Shown here: positions 20,848-30,567 of the stretch, one piece after another
How positions within the stretch are numbered: the stretch's first letter is position 1
Layout: the number at the start of each line of letters is the position of its first letter
Source of the DNA: Planctomycetales bacterium
Lineage (GTDB): Bacteria > 4484-113
Direction of reading: 5' to 3'
Assembly: GCA_037441675.1 (NCBI GenBank)
Contig: JBBIRS010000001.1
Coordinates: 192,001 to 256,000 of the forward strand
DNA: 64,000 nucleotides
Notes under the pieces: model-generated
Seen by the model: only the letters and a program-made list of their open reading frames with translations
The model's database searches: none
Told to the model about the DNA's origin: nothing
Position numbers and translations under genes: made by a program

Positions 20848-22650
20848 TCAGCTGTACATCTTGTCAATAATGTCCTTATACTTTTCCTGCACAACTTTTC
20901 TTCTAACTTTCATCGTGGGAGTAACCTCTCCACTTTCTACGCAGAACTCATTCATAACAAGGGTAAATCGGTGAATTTTTTCAAAATCCGCAAGTCTCAC
21001 AGTCAATCTCTCAATTTCGCTCCTTATTAACTCTCGTAACTTTTCATTCTCGCCCAAAGCTTCCAAGTTGCTAAATTCCAAGTGAACATTGTGGAGTTTA
21101 GCCCAAGTCTTCACGTTCTCCAAGTTAGGAACAATCAAGGCGGTAATTGTGGTTCTCTTATCTCCGAACAAAACCGCAGAGGAAATGTACGGGCTTTCCT
21201 GCAAGGCATTCTCTATTGGTTGTGGTGCAACCTTCTTTCCGGAGGCTAAAACAATTATGTCTTTCTTCCGATCTGTTATTTTCAAGTATCCATCCTCATC
21301 AATTTCGCCAATATCTCCAGTGTGGAACCAACCTTCTTCATCAATTGCCTTACGTGTCTCCTCTTCCTTTTTATAGTATCCAAGCATTACACTAGGCGCT
21401 TTCACGAGTATCTCTCCATCATCAGCTATTCTTAACTGAACATTTCTAAGCGGAGGTCCCACTGTTCCAAATTTGAACCTCCTGGGTGAATTAACGTTAG
21501 TTACAGGTGAAGTTTCAGTAAGGCCATATCCCTCAAGGATGATGAGACCAAGAGATGCGAAAAATAGAGCGTTAGCCCTAGGTAGTGGTGCACCACCGGA
21601 TATGAAGTTCTTTAACCTATCCATACCAAGGCTTGCTCTAATTTTGGATAGTACAAGCTTGTCATACAACCACCATTTTACAAGAAGACTAATGGGCAAT
21701 CCTTTCCTCGCTTGCAGGAGTTCACACCTTTTCCTGCCCACTTCAAGCGCAGTTTTCACCAATGCCTTTTTCCTTGCTGGCTCTTTATCCAGAGCCTTTA
21801 ACAGCTTTTCTCGCATTGCCTCAAAAAATCTAGGCACTAAAGTTACATAATGGGGTCTAACCTCAAGTGCGTTTTCCCGCACCGTTGCATAGCTTTCAGC
21901 AAGAGCAATACAGCATCCTTTTGTAATTGATGTGTAATAGTCCGCCATTCTAGGAAGTACATGATTTAATGGCAACACAGATAGAATCACTTCACCCGTT
22001 TTATACGGAATAACCTCAAGCGCAGCCTCAATATTACTTACAAAATTCTTGTGCGAGAGCATCACGCCCTTAGGCTCCCCCGTTGTTCCAGATGTATAAA
22101 TAATAGTCACAAGATCGTTATCTTTGACCATCTCCCCTAACTTGTTAAGCTCTATCTCGCTTATCGGATTTTCTTTGCCAAGCTCTAAAAGTCGCTCAAA
22201 GGTGAGCACATCTTTTTTGGGGTCGGGAAAGCAGTCCATAGTAATGGTGCGCAATGTTGGCACGCTTTCTTTCATATGTAACGCCTTTTCCAATTGGGTC
22301 TGCCCTGAGACTATCATTATCTCTGAACCAGAATCAGTGACGATATATCTAATCTGCTCTACGGTGTAGGAAGGAAACATTGCCACACAAACAGCGCCAA
22401 TATGAAGCATCGCCAAATCACAAATAATCCACTCCACCCTGTTTTCTGAGAGAAGAGCAATTCTGTCCCCCCTTTGAACGTTTAATGCTTTAAGTCCGCT
22501 TGCAAAAAGCCTAACCTTTTCTGCCAGCTCCTTATAGGTTATTCCACGATACCGCCCTTCTTTCTTGAATAAAAGCGCATTTTTCTTTGGGTACTTCCTC
22601 ACCGAAGACTGAAACTTCTTTACTAATGTGCTCACTCGTTCATTCCCCAA
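20848..22650 (-). CDS. Long-chain fatty acid-CoA ligase (AMP-binding)
   Basis: IIYTSGTTGEPKGVMLSH, EGYGLTET, WFHTGDIG, ITDRKKD, TPTMKVRR. Confidence 0.93.
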   Translation of the reverse strand: MGNERVSTLVKKFQSSVRKYPKKNALLFKKEGRYRGITYKELAEKVRLFASGLKALNVQRGDRIALLSENRVEWIICDLAMLHIGAVCVAMFPSYTVEQIRYIVTDSGSEIMIVSGQTQLEKALHMKESVPTLRTITMDCFPDPKKDVLTFERLLELGKENPISEIELNKLGEMVKDNDLVTIIYTSGTTGEPKGVMLSHKNFVSNIEAALEVIPYKTGEVILSVLPLNHVLPRMADYYTSITKGCCIALAESYATVRENALEVRPHYVTLVPRFFEAMREKLLKALDKEPARKKALVKTALEVGRKRCELLQARKGLPISLLVKWWLYDKLVLSKIRASLGMDRLKNFISGGAPLPRANALFFASLGLIILEGYGLTETSPVTNVNSPRRFKFGTVGPPLRNVQLRIADDGEILVKAPSVMLGYYKKEEETRKAIDEEGWFHTGDIGEIDEDGYLKITDRKKDIIVLASGKKVAPQPIENALQESPYISSAVLFGDKRTTITALIVPNLENVKTWAKLHNVHLEFSNLEALGENEKLRELIRSEIERLTVRLADFEKIHRFTLVMNEFCVESGEVTPTMKVRRKVVQEKYKDIIDKMYS

Positions 22651-22757
22651 AAGACTATGTTGTTTCGCGCTAATCCACTTTTATCACTACCTTAGCCCAG
22701 TATGATAGTATATCTTAGCTAGTTAACGGAAAGTCTCCTAATTTTGTGAGGTGAAAG

Positions 22758-23318
22758 ATGATTGTAGGTTTATGGATTTTACTGGCGATTGTAATTCTAT
22801 TAGTTCTATGGTTTATTGGCATTTACAATCGCTTTGTTAGTTTAAGAAATGGCATTCAGGGCGCATGGGCACAAATTGATGTTCAACTGAAGAAGCGTTA
22901 CGACCTAGTTCCAAACCTTGTAGAGACGGTCAAGGGTTATGCCAAGCACGAGCACGAGGTTTTTGAAAGAGTGACAGAAGCCAGAGCCCGTGCCATATCT
23001 GCTGGCTCCGTTGGTGATCAATCTCAGGCGGAAAATATGCTAACAAGCGCACTGAGGAGTTTATTTGCTGTTGCTGAGAATTACCCCGAATTAAAGGCTA
23101 GCCAGAACTTCCTTGCCCTGCAAGAGGAGCTCGCGAATATAGAAAATCGTATCGCATATGCCCGCCAGCACTTCAACGATCTCGTCCAAACTTACAACAC
23201 AACACGACAGCAATTTCCTGCTTCAATTGTCGCATCTATGTTGGCGTTTCCGCCTTCTGAGTACTTTGAAATTGAGGAGATTGCGCGCGAAGTCCCTGAG
23301 GTTAGCTTTACTAAATAG
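22758..23318 (+). CDS. lemA: LemA family protein
   Basis: N-terminal TM; YN, IDVQLKKRYDLVPNLVETVKGYAKHE, AENYPELKA. Confidence 0.95.
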   Translation: MIVGLWILLAIVILLVLWFIGIYNRFVSLRNGIQGAWAQIDVQLKKRYDLVPNLVETVKGYAKHEHEVFERVTEARARAISAGSVGDQSQAENMLTSALRSLFAVAENYPELKASQNFLALQEELANIENRIAYARQHFNDLVQTYNTTRQQFPASIVASMLAFPPSEYFEIEEIAREVPEVSFTK

Positions 23319-23329
23319 TTAGGAGTTTT

Positions 23330-23659
23330 ATGGCTTCAGCTTCAGATTTCCTGATAGTTTTTGTTACAGTTGACGCCATTGACACTGCGGAGAGTATAGC
23401 AACTACTCTTATTCAGGAACGCCTCGCAGCCTGCGTTAACCTTATCCCTCAGGTTCACTCCTACTACATTTGGCAGGACGAACTTAGAAGAGACACAGAA
23501 ATTCTTATGATTATTAAAACAACTATTGATGCCTATAAAGCCCTAGAACAGAAAATACTTGAGCTTCATCCCTATGAAGTGCCGGAAGTCTTAGCTGTAA
23601 GTATTGTTGATGGTTGTAAGATTTATCTAGATTGGCTTAATAGTATGGTCTCCTCCTAG
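23330..23659 (+). CDS. cutA: Divalent-cation tolerance protein CutA
   Basis: LAACVN, SYYIWQ, IIKT, HPYEVPE, YLDW. Confidence 0.95.
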   Translation: MASASDFLIVFVTVDAIDTAESIATTLIQERLAACVNLIPQVHSYYIWQDELRRDTEILMIIKTTIDAYKALEQKILELHPYEVPEVLAVSIVDGCKIYLDWLNSMVSS

Positions 23660-23666
23660 AGAAATA

Positions 23667-25151
23667 ATGATTCCAAGGACAAGCTCAACATTAACAGAGA
23701 AAGATTCGTCAAATTCTACTCGGCGCGCGTGTCCCTTTCCATTAGTTTCAACATTTTGGTTTATATTACTCACCGCAATTTTCATCGCGATTTTGCTAAC
23801 TCTTCTCCACAAGGGTTTCTTTTCATCAACGAAGCCTCTTTCTTCCAAAGCCCATTCCAAGAATGAGTATAAACCATTCTTTCTCGTTTATGGTGACAAA
23901 CTTATTGATATATCCTTAGACACAGGTGAGGAAAAGCCTTTGGACGTCAAAAGTCCAATCCTATGTTATGTAAGCACAGAACTTGAAAGTGGTGGCTATC
24001 TTCTTAGCTTCGTTGATGATGAACTTAGACCGGGTTTTGTAGTCCTAGACAGGTCTCTTGCCCCAAGAATTTCTGTGTTAAAGATGACCGCGTGGAAGCT
24101 TGGCTCACACCATATTCTAGGTGTGCTTGAGGAAGCCACACTGGAGAGAAAGCCTTTAGAGAATGCGGTAGCTCTGTGGAACACCTCTAGTTTTAAGCAA
24201 GTTTTTTTCTTGCCAAATACCTTTCCCCTATCAGCAATTAGCTTCTTCTACGAGGGGGCACCGAAAAATAAACTCGCGAAGCAGTCTCTATTACTATTCA
24301 CTTACGAAAGCACTGGTTTACCCTTGTATCCCTATACCCCAAGAACAAAGTTTAGATCAGTGAACCAAACGAGCGGGAAAATTGAGTGGGAAACCGATGT
24401 CTACTTTCTACGTGAGGTATCTTCAATTGACCTTCTCTTTGAAAGCGAGGATTTTTTTCTTCTAGGTGGAATAGTTGATTATGAGCACTATCTTTATCTA
24501 TGTCTTTCCGGTTCTGGGAAAATACTCTGGCAAAAAGTTTATAATGCCTTTCCAATCACAAAAGCTATTTACCCCTACCAGGGAGTTGCTAGCCTCCTTC
24601 CAGTGAAAGTATCCTTACCTTATATCACTTTTCCTTCAGTAGGTATGGAGACGGGGGGTAAGAAGTTAATGCGGCTAGACCTTAGAGTTGGAATGTATAA
24701 TTTGGAAAATAATCAATCTGAGCTGACTAGGATTGATAAAGCCTATGATAGGCTATACTCTTCAGGTTCCGTCTATAGCTCACTACTAGCAGACTCTCCA
24801 TCGACAAGCTCAAGAACCCCACATACCCCTAAAGGTATGTTGCCACAAAGGGGTGAGAGAAATTCGCTGATAAAATCTGAGTCCGATCTCAAGCCAGCTA
24901 AAGAAGGGGAAATGTTCAGCCTCTACCTGGATCTTCCCACAGTTCCCACTAGCTTGACATTTCAGGCACTGCCACATATTTTTGAGCGACAAAGCGGAGT
25001 GGAAATAAATCTAGTACGGGATGGGCAATATCCTAAATTTTTAGTTCCACTAGTCGTAGACGGGAAAACAGTTATCCTCACAGAGAAAACCCTTGTCTAT
25101 TTGAAAGAGGGTAACCAAAGGAGTGTTCCTTTAGAGTTTGAAGAATTCTGA
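23667..25151 (+). CDS. Membrane-anchored extracytoplasmic hypothetical protein (possible beta-propeller)
   Basis: Single N-terminal TM; PQQ-like SGKIEWE and SGKILWQ motifs. Confidence 0.6.
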   Translation: MIPRTSSTLTEKDSSNSTRRACPFPLVSTFWFILLTAIFIAILLTLLHKGFFSSTKPLSSKAHSKNEYKPFFLVYGDKLIDISLDTGEEKPLDVKSPILCYVSTELESGGYLLSFVDDELRPGFVVLDRSLAPRISVLKMTAWKLGSHHILGVLEEATLERKPLENAVALWNTSSFKQVFFLPNTFPLSAISFFYEGAPKNKLAKQSLLLFTYESTGLPLYPYTPRTKFRSVNQTSGKIEWETDVYFLREVSSIDLLFESEDFFLLGGIVDYEHYLYLCLSGSGKILWQKVYNAFPITKAIYPYQGVASLLPVKVSLPYITFPSVGMETGGKKLMRLDLRVGMYNLENNQSELTRIDKAYDRLYSSGSVYSSLLADSPSTSSRTPHTPKGMLPQRGERNSLIKSESDLKPAKEGEMFSLYLDLPTVPTSLTFQALPHIFERQSGVEINLVRDGQYPKFLVPLVVDGKTVILTEKTLVYLKEGNQRSVPLEFEEF

Positions 25152-25175
25152 AATTTTCTGGAAAAAGCCTCTCGC

Positions 25176-26303
25176 CTAGCTTGATGGCACTTTTACCTCA
25201 ATAACTACTTCATTAGTTCCAGCTATCATTTTCGGATTATCCCCAAGAACGACGCCCTCAAAGTCTCCACCATCAGGTCTATTTAAAAGCAGATAATAAC
25301 TTCCACTTGGAACTAACTTCCACTGATCAGAGACACCGCTCTCCGCAGTGCTTCTTACTTCCAATTCCATTTGTGATTGGTGAAGTGATGCCACCTCAGA
25401 GGATGTCAATCCACCATAAAGCCCAACGCTTTCAATAAGTGCGCCAATGCTCCCCGCTAGGTTAAATTCAGGTTGGAGAACCAGGTTAAACCTCTGGCTT
25501 TCAGTGAGTAATCGGTTTTCAATAGGCGAGCCCTCCTCGTCTAAAACTTTCACTAAAACTTTTATCCTTTCAGTATCAGGCATAACAAGGTCTCCGCCGG
25601 AGTTCACCTGTGACGGCGCCTCTATCAACTTATACCCAAACCCACGCTCTGGGCTGAACCCTATGATAAGCACCGGCTTACCTAGCACCCTCTCAAATAG
25701 GAAAGCCCCAGAGGAATTCGTCATTATGAACTTATAGTTTCCCTCCTCGTCGGTGATAATTTTGCTTGGAGTTCCACCGACCGCATCCGGTACTGCAATA
25801 GTTACTAAAACTTGCGCCAGCTCAAGTCCGCTTGTATCTACCACCTTGCCAGATATAGTAACTTCAGAAAGCCCCTCCTCAATTTGTAGGTCAATGCTTT
25901 GGTCTTCATTATCAACTTTGCCCAGCTCTCTTACGAGAAGCACAGTTCCCCGGAGGCTTACACTGATAGTATATGTAGCATCTTCATACCAGGGCATCGC
26001 CATTCTATAAATCCCTTCTTCGTTCGTAGTTACCCTGCCAGTAACATCATCATCCGGCTCCACTCTATCCGCGATAATTGAGACTTCGTATCCACTCAAC
26101 GCTTTCCCGGTGGTATCTGTAATTTTGCCAGTCCAGATGCGGTTGTTTCCGCCTTTCTTTAGAAACTGGTTATACAGGAAGGCGCCGACAAGAATGTCTC
26201 CCCCGCCAGCTCCACAACCCACAAGAAATCCACTTAGCAAAACAAGTACTAGCGCGCCTTGCAAAACTTTCACTCCAATAAAATTTCTCGTTATTTGTCT
26301 CAT
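25176..26303 (-). CDS. Lipoprotein with carboxypeptidase-regulatory-like (transthyretin-fold) repeats
   Basis: Lipobox LVG-C-GAGGG; repeats GKITDTTGKAL...TTNEEGIY, GKVVDTSGLEL...TNSSGAF, VKVLDEEGSPI. Confidence 0.75.
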   Translation of the reverse strand: MRQITRNFIGVKVLQGALVLVLLSGFLVGCGAGGGDILVGAFLYNQFLKKGGNNRIWTGKITDTTGKALSGYEVSIIADRVEPDDDVTGRVTTNEEGIYRMAMPWYEDATYTISVSLRGTVLLVRELGKVDNEDQSIDLQIEEGLSEVTISGKVVDTSGLELAQVLVTIAVPDAVGGTPSKIITDEEGNYKFIMTNSSGAFLFERVLGKPVLIIGFSPERGFGYKLIEAPSQVNSGGDLVMPDTERIKVLVKVLDEEGSPIENRLLTESQRFNLVLQPEFNLAGSIGALIESVGLYGGLTSSEVASLHQSQMELEVRSTAESGVSDQWKLVPSGSYYLLLNRPDGGDFEGVVLGDNPKMIAGTNEVVIEVKVPSS

Positions 26304-26642
26304 TTTTCTTCGCCCTTAATCAAAACTAGATTTTAGCATAGTGCCTTTATAGACTGAGCTTCGTAAACGGTTACAATATTGGCGGCGATCTATTGCATGC
26401 AATTTTTCAACACTATTTGGAAACTCATTAACTTCGGATGGTGAGCATTTTTCGTTGGGTATAGATTTTGTTTTCTGCTTTTTTATTCTAGGTATATCTT
26501 CATGGAAGCAAAGCACGAGATGAAAAAGCGTTTCAAGCGATGTCTGATAGAAGTAGCAAAACATGTATGAACTTTCTACTATAAATTAGTCTATATATTA
26601 CTCTTTTCTAAGCTTCTCACTTTGGTATAATAATTTGTACTA

Positions 26643-27200
26643 ATGTCCGAGACGCATTCCATTGTGCCACCTATTGCAAATGGTCAGGTTGAGCGATTCC
26701 ACGCAGGAGATATTGTTCTAATTTCCGGTGAAATTTTTACCGCTCGTGATTCTGCTCACAAGAGGTTAGTGGCTTTGGCAAAGGCAGGGGAAGTTTTGCC
26801 GTTGGACTTGAACGGCGCGGTTTTGTATTACGTAGGCCCAACTCCCGCACCGCCCGGCAGACCAATCGGTTCCGCTGGCCCTACAACTTCTTCTAGGATG
26901 GATCCTTACACTGAAGATATTCTATCTCTCGGTGTCCGATTGTTAATTGGAAAAGGTTCAAGATCTCAATCCGTTAAAGATGCCTTCTTAAAGCACAAAG
27001 CAATTTACTGCGCTGCTGTTGGTGGCGCAGGCGCCCTTATAAGTCAAAAATTACTATCCGCAAAGGTAGTAGCTTTTGAGGAGCTCGGACCGGAAGCGAT
27101 TCATCTTCTCACCGTGAAAGATTTTCCCTGTATAGTGGTTAACGACATTTACGGGAGAGACCTTTACGAAACAGGAGTGCAGGCTTATAGAAGACTCTAA
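26643..27200 (+). CDS. Class I fumarate hydratase / tartrate dehydratase-type Fe-S hydro-lyase, beta subunit
   Basis: GDIVLISGEIFTARDSAHKR, AGPTTSSRM, IGKG, GGAGAL, LGPEA. Confidence 0.93.
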   Translation: MSETHSIVPPIANGQVERFHAGDIVLISGEIFTARDSAHKRLVALAKAGEVLPLDLNGAVLYYVGPTPAPPGRPIGSAGPTTSSRMDPYTEDILSLGVRLLIGKGSRSQSVKDAFLKHKAIYCAAVGGAGALISQKLLSAKVVAFEELGPEAIHLLTVKDFPCIVVNDIYGRDLYETGVQAYRRL

Positions 27201-27225
27201 TCTCTCTTAAACTGAAGAGGTAACA

Positions 27226-27855
27226 ATGGGACTAGAGCGTGCTGTTGCAAAAAATTATTTCTTTATTAAGAGACTTCACAGCTTACTCGGAGTATTTCCG
27301 CTAGCATTCTTCCTGCTTGAACACTTCCTTGTTAATAGCCTATCCCTTCAAGGTGCGGGCAGGTTCAATTCTGCAAGTGAATTTTTAGAAAGCTTGCCAT
27401 TTTTGTTGGTATGGGAGCTTGGTTTAATAGTAATCCCTCTTTATATTCACGGTTTTTTGGGGCTCTGGCTTGTTATGCAGGGGAGCGTGGAAACCCGTGT
27501 GCCATACATTCGCAATTGGCTCTATCTACTGCAGCGCGCAACCGGTATATTTACCCTAATCTTTGTTACTTACCATATCATTGCGACCCGTATCTGGTCT
27601 AAGTATGTCCTTCATACGGAGGACTTATACGCATTGATGCAGAACTATCTTAAAATTCCATACATCTTTGCCATTTATCTTCTCGGGGTGATATGCGCTT
27701 CATTTCATGTTGGAAACGGGCTTTTCAATTTTACTTACAAGTGGGGCATCACTGTGTCCGAGCGTTCCCAAACTTTTATGATGATTTTGTCTTGGTTTAT
27801 TGCTCTTGCCTTTATTGTCATAGGAGTGGGTGCGCTATTTGGTTTTATTAAGTAG
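27226..27855 (+). CDS. sdhC: Succinate dehydrogenase cytochrome b558 subunit (Bacillus type)
   Basis: RLHSLLG, EH, IH, QRATG, YH, FHVGNGL..WGIT; five TM segments. Confidence 0.93.
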   Translation: MGLERAVAKNYFFIKRLHSLLGVFPLAFFLLEHFLVNSLSLQGAGRFNSASEFLESLPFLLVWELGLIVIPLYIHGFLGLWLVMQGSVETRVPYIRNWLYLLQRATGIFTLIFVTYHIIATRIWSKYVLHTEDLYALMQNYLKIPYIFAIYLLGVICASFHVGNGLFNFTYKWGITVSERSQTFMMILSWFIALAFIVIGVGALFGFIK

Positions 27856-27893
27856 AAAATTATTTTTAAAAAAGGGCGACATGAGATTTAACT

Positions 27894-29639
27894 ATGAATA
27901 GTCCCAGTGTAATTGTTGTCGGTGGTGGTCTTGCAGGGTTAATGACCACTATTAAAATTTGTGAATTGGGCTATCCTGTTCAGCTTTTTTCCTACATTCC
28001 CGTAAGGAGAAGCCACAGCGTTTGTGCGCAAGGTGGAATTAATGCTTCCATCAACATCAAAGGTGAAGGGGATAGCCCTGATGTGCACTTTGACGAAACA
28101 ATTTTGGGAGGCGACTTTCTTGCCAATCAACCTCCGGTCAAGGGAATGTGTTACGCCGCGCCTGAGATTGTCTATATGTTAGATAGAATGGGAGTTCCCT
28201 TTAACAGGACACCGGAGGGCAATCTGGATTTTCGTCGCTTTGGTGGAACTCTTTATCACAGGACTGCTTTTGCTGGTGCAACAACTGGTCAACAGATGAT
28301 GTACGCCCTGGACGAGCAAGTCCGAAAGTTCGAGGCTGAAGGTTTGGTTACGAAGTATGAGTACTTCAGTATGCTGGGACTAATCCTTGATGAACAGGGT
28401 CGTGCTCGTGGGATAACCGCTCTTAATTTACCTACGATGGAAATCATTCCATTTCCAGCGGATGCAGTGGTAATGGCCACAGGTGGTCCAGGTCTTGTCT
28501 TTGGCAAGACAACAAACTCTATGACCTGCACCGGCTCTGCGGTGACTAGAGCTTTCCTTCAAGGAGCGAGGTATGCAAATCCTGAATTCATTCAAGTTCA
28601 TCCAACAGCAATACCTGGAGGTGACAAGCGTAGACTAATTTCCGAAAGTGTGCGTGGAGAGGGTGGGCGCGTCTGGACTTACAAGGATGGGAAAAAATGG
28701 TACTTCCTTGAAGAAATGTTTCCTACCTACGGCAATCTTGTTCCAAGAGATATTGCAAGCCGTGTCATTTTTGATGTTTGTGTTAATCAGAAGCTTGGGA
28801 TAAATGGCGAAAATTACGTCTACCTAGATGTTACTCATCTACCGAAGGACTTTCTCAAGAAGAAGCTCGGTGGAGTTCTTGAAATCTATGAAAAGTTCAC
28901 TGGCGAAGACCCATACACTACCCCAATGAAAGTTTTTCCTGCTGTGCATTATTCAATGGGTGGACTTTGGATTGATTACGAGCATATGACAAACATTCCT
29001 GGGCTCTTCGCCGTTGGTGAATGCGACTACCAGTATCACGGAGCTAATAGGCTTGGCGCAAACTCTCTTCTTTCATGCATTTATGGTGGTATGATTGCCG
29101 GCCCAGAATGTGTGAGCTATATCAGCGGGGAGAGGCTTGAACCTCTTAGAGATGGTGTTCTCTCCTCCTACGCCAAGAGGGAAGAAGAGGATTTTGAGGC
29201 TATCTTCTCCCTTGAGGGAGAGGAAAACGCCTATGCGATTCAAGATGAAATGGCGGAAATGATGATTGAGAATGTAACAGTTGTTCGTGAAAACTCAAAA
29301 CTCAAGAGAACCCTTGACCGCCTTTTTGAGCTTGAAGAAAGGACCAGGAAGATTGGAATATCTGACAAAGGAAGGAGAATGAATCAAGAAGTTCTCTTTG
29401 TGCGCGAGCTGAGAGATAGGTTACTTTTAGCAAGGGCAATAACTGAGGGTGCATTTCTTAGAAACGAAAGCAGGGGAGCTCACTATAAACCTGAGTTTCC
29501 TGAGAGAAACGATGACGATTGGCTTAAGACTACGATTGCGGAGTATGACAATGGTAACGTGAAGTTTAGTTATGAGCCAGTAGATGTTTCTCTTATTAAA
29601 CCCAGAGAAAGACGTTACGATGTCAAGACGAAATCCTGA
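27894..29639 (+). CDS. sdhA: Succinate dehydrogenase flavoprotein subunit
   Basis: VGGGLAG, RSHSVCAQGGIN, QVHPT, SESVRGEG, HYSMGG, HGANRLGANSL, ESRGAH. Confidence 0.98.
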   Translation: MNSPSVIVVGGGLAGLMTTIKICELGYPVQLFSYIPVRRSHSVCAQGGINASINIKGEGDSPDVHFDETILGGDFLANQPPVKGMCYAAPEIVYMLDRMGVPFNRTPEGNLDFRRFGGTLYHRTAFAGATTGQQMMYALDEQVRKFEAEGLVTKYEYFSMLGLILDEQGRARGITALNLPTMEIIPFPADAVVMATGGPGLVFGKTTNSMTCTGSAVTRAFLQGARYANPEFIQVHPTAIPGGDKRRLISESVRGEGGRVWTYKDGKKWYFLEEMFPTYGNLVPRDIASRVIFDVCVNQKLGINGENYVYLDVTHLPKDFLKKKLGGVLEIYEKFTGEDPYTTPMKVFPAVHYSMGGLWIDYEHMTNIPGLFAVGECDYQYHGANRLGANSLLSCIYGGMIAGPECVSYISGERLEPLRDGVLSSYAKREEEDFEAIFSLEGEENAYAIQDEMAEMMIENVTVVRENSKLKRTLDRLFELEERTRKIGISDKGRRMNQEVLFVRELRDRLLLARAITEGAFLRNESRGAHYKPEFPERNDDDWLKTTIAEYDNGNVKFSYEPVDVSLIKPRERRYDVKTKS

Positions 29640-29650
29640 GGTTATGGCTG

Positions 29651-30409
29651 ATGAGTAACAAAAGTGTAATTCTTAGAATAAGGCGTCAAGCGGAGCCTTA
29701 CTCTCAACCCTATTGGGAAGAATTTGAAGTTCCATACTCTCCGCAGATGAACGTAATCACCTGTTTGATGCTAATCCAGCGCAATCCTGTAACAAGGGAT
29801 GGCAGGAAAACTAGCGCGCCCAGCTGGGATATGTCCTGTTTAGAGGAAGTATGTGGTGCGTGCACGATGGTCATTAACGGGAGGCCTCGGCAGTCCTGTA
29901 GCGCATTGGTGGATACTCTGGAGCAGCCGATCACCCTAGAGCCGATGAGCAAATTCCCCATAGTGAAGGACTTAGTGGTTGATAGGGGTAAGCTCTTTAA
30001 GGACTTGATGAAAGTAAATGCTTGGATTGACCTGGACGGAACACACGCGATGGGAGCCGGCCCAAGATACTCTCAAGAGCTTCAAGAGTTAAGATATGAT
30101 CTTAGTAGATGTATGAGTTGTGGTTGCTGTTTGGAAGTTTGTCCCCAGTATGACTCAAGCAAGGCTTTCGTGGGCGCAGCGGTGATTTCACAGGTAAGGC
30201 TATTTAACCTGCATCCCACCGGTTCACTCTCCTCAAACAAACGTCTAGAGATGTTAGCTCAACCAGGAGGTATAACCGATTGTGGAAATGCGCAGAACTG
30301 TGTCCGCGCCTGTCCTAAGGAAATAAAACTTACAGAATCTATCGCTGAAATGGGTAGGCAGATGTTCTTCTATGGCTTGAGGAAATTTTTCGGTGGTAAG
30401 CCTCACTAG
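29651..30409 (+). CDS. sdhB: Succinate dehydrogenase iron-sulfur subunit
   Basis: CLEEVCGAC...C, CMSCGCCLEVCP, CGNAQNCVRACP. Confidence 0.97.
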   Translation: MSNKSVILRIRRQAEPYSQPYWEEFEVPYSPQMNVITCLMLIQRNPVTRDGRKTSAPSWDMSCLEEVCGACTMVINGRPRQSCSALVDTLEQPITLEPMSKFPIVKDLVVDRGKLFKDLMKVNAWIDLDGTHAMGAGPRYSQELQELRYDLSRCMSCGCCLEVCPQYDSSKAFVGAAVISQVRLFNLHPTGSLSSNKRLEMLAQPGGITDCGNAQNCVRACPKEIKLTESIAEMGRQMFFYGLRKFFGGKPH

Positions 30410-30491
30410 CTCTGAACTAAAGTTAATTAGATAAGAACTTGCGTTATTTTTTTCTAAGAATTTTTATTATCTGCGAATACTATTTACCTAT

Positions 30492-30541
30492 AAAAGAAAA
30501 ACCGCTACAAGGGTAACTCTTTCAATCCATGTAGCGGTTTT
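30492..30541 (-). terminator. Intrinsic terminator between convergent genes (possibly bidirectional)
   Basis: AAAACCGCTACA-N20-TGTAGCGGTTTT, with an A-rich left flank giving a U-tract on the minus strand. Confidence 0.7.
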
Positions 30542-30567
30542 CTCAAATACAGCTTTTGTCTCTTCAA

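Noticed and set aside
26316..26564. 82-aa minus-strand ORF or ncRNA in the gap before the fumarase gene
   Set aside because: No RBS, motif or convincing structure
26569..26594. GAAC-N16-GTCTAT as a fourth ECF promoter
   Set aside because: Spacer is shorter than in the other three, and a good extended -10 already explains the gene
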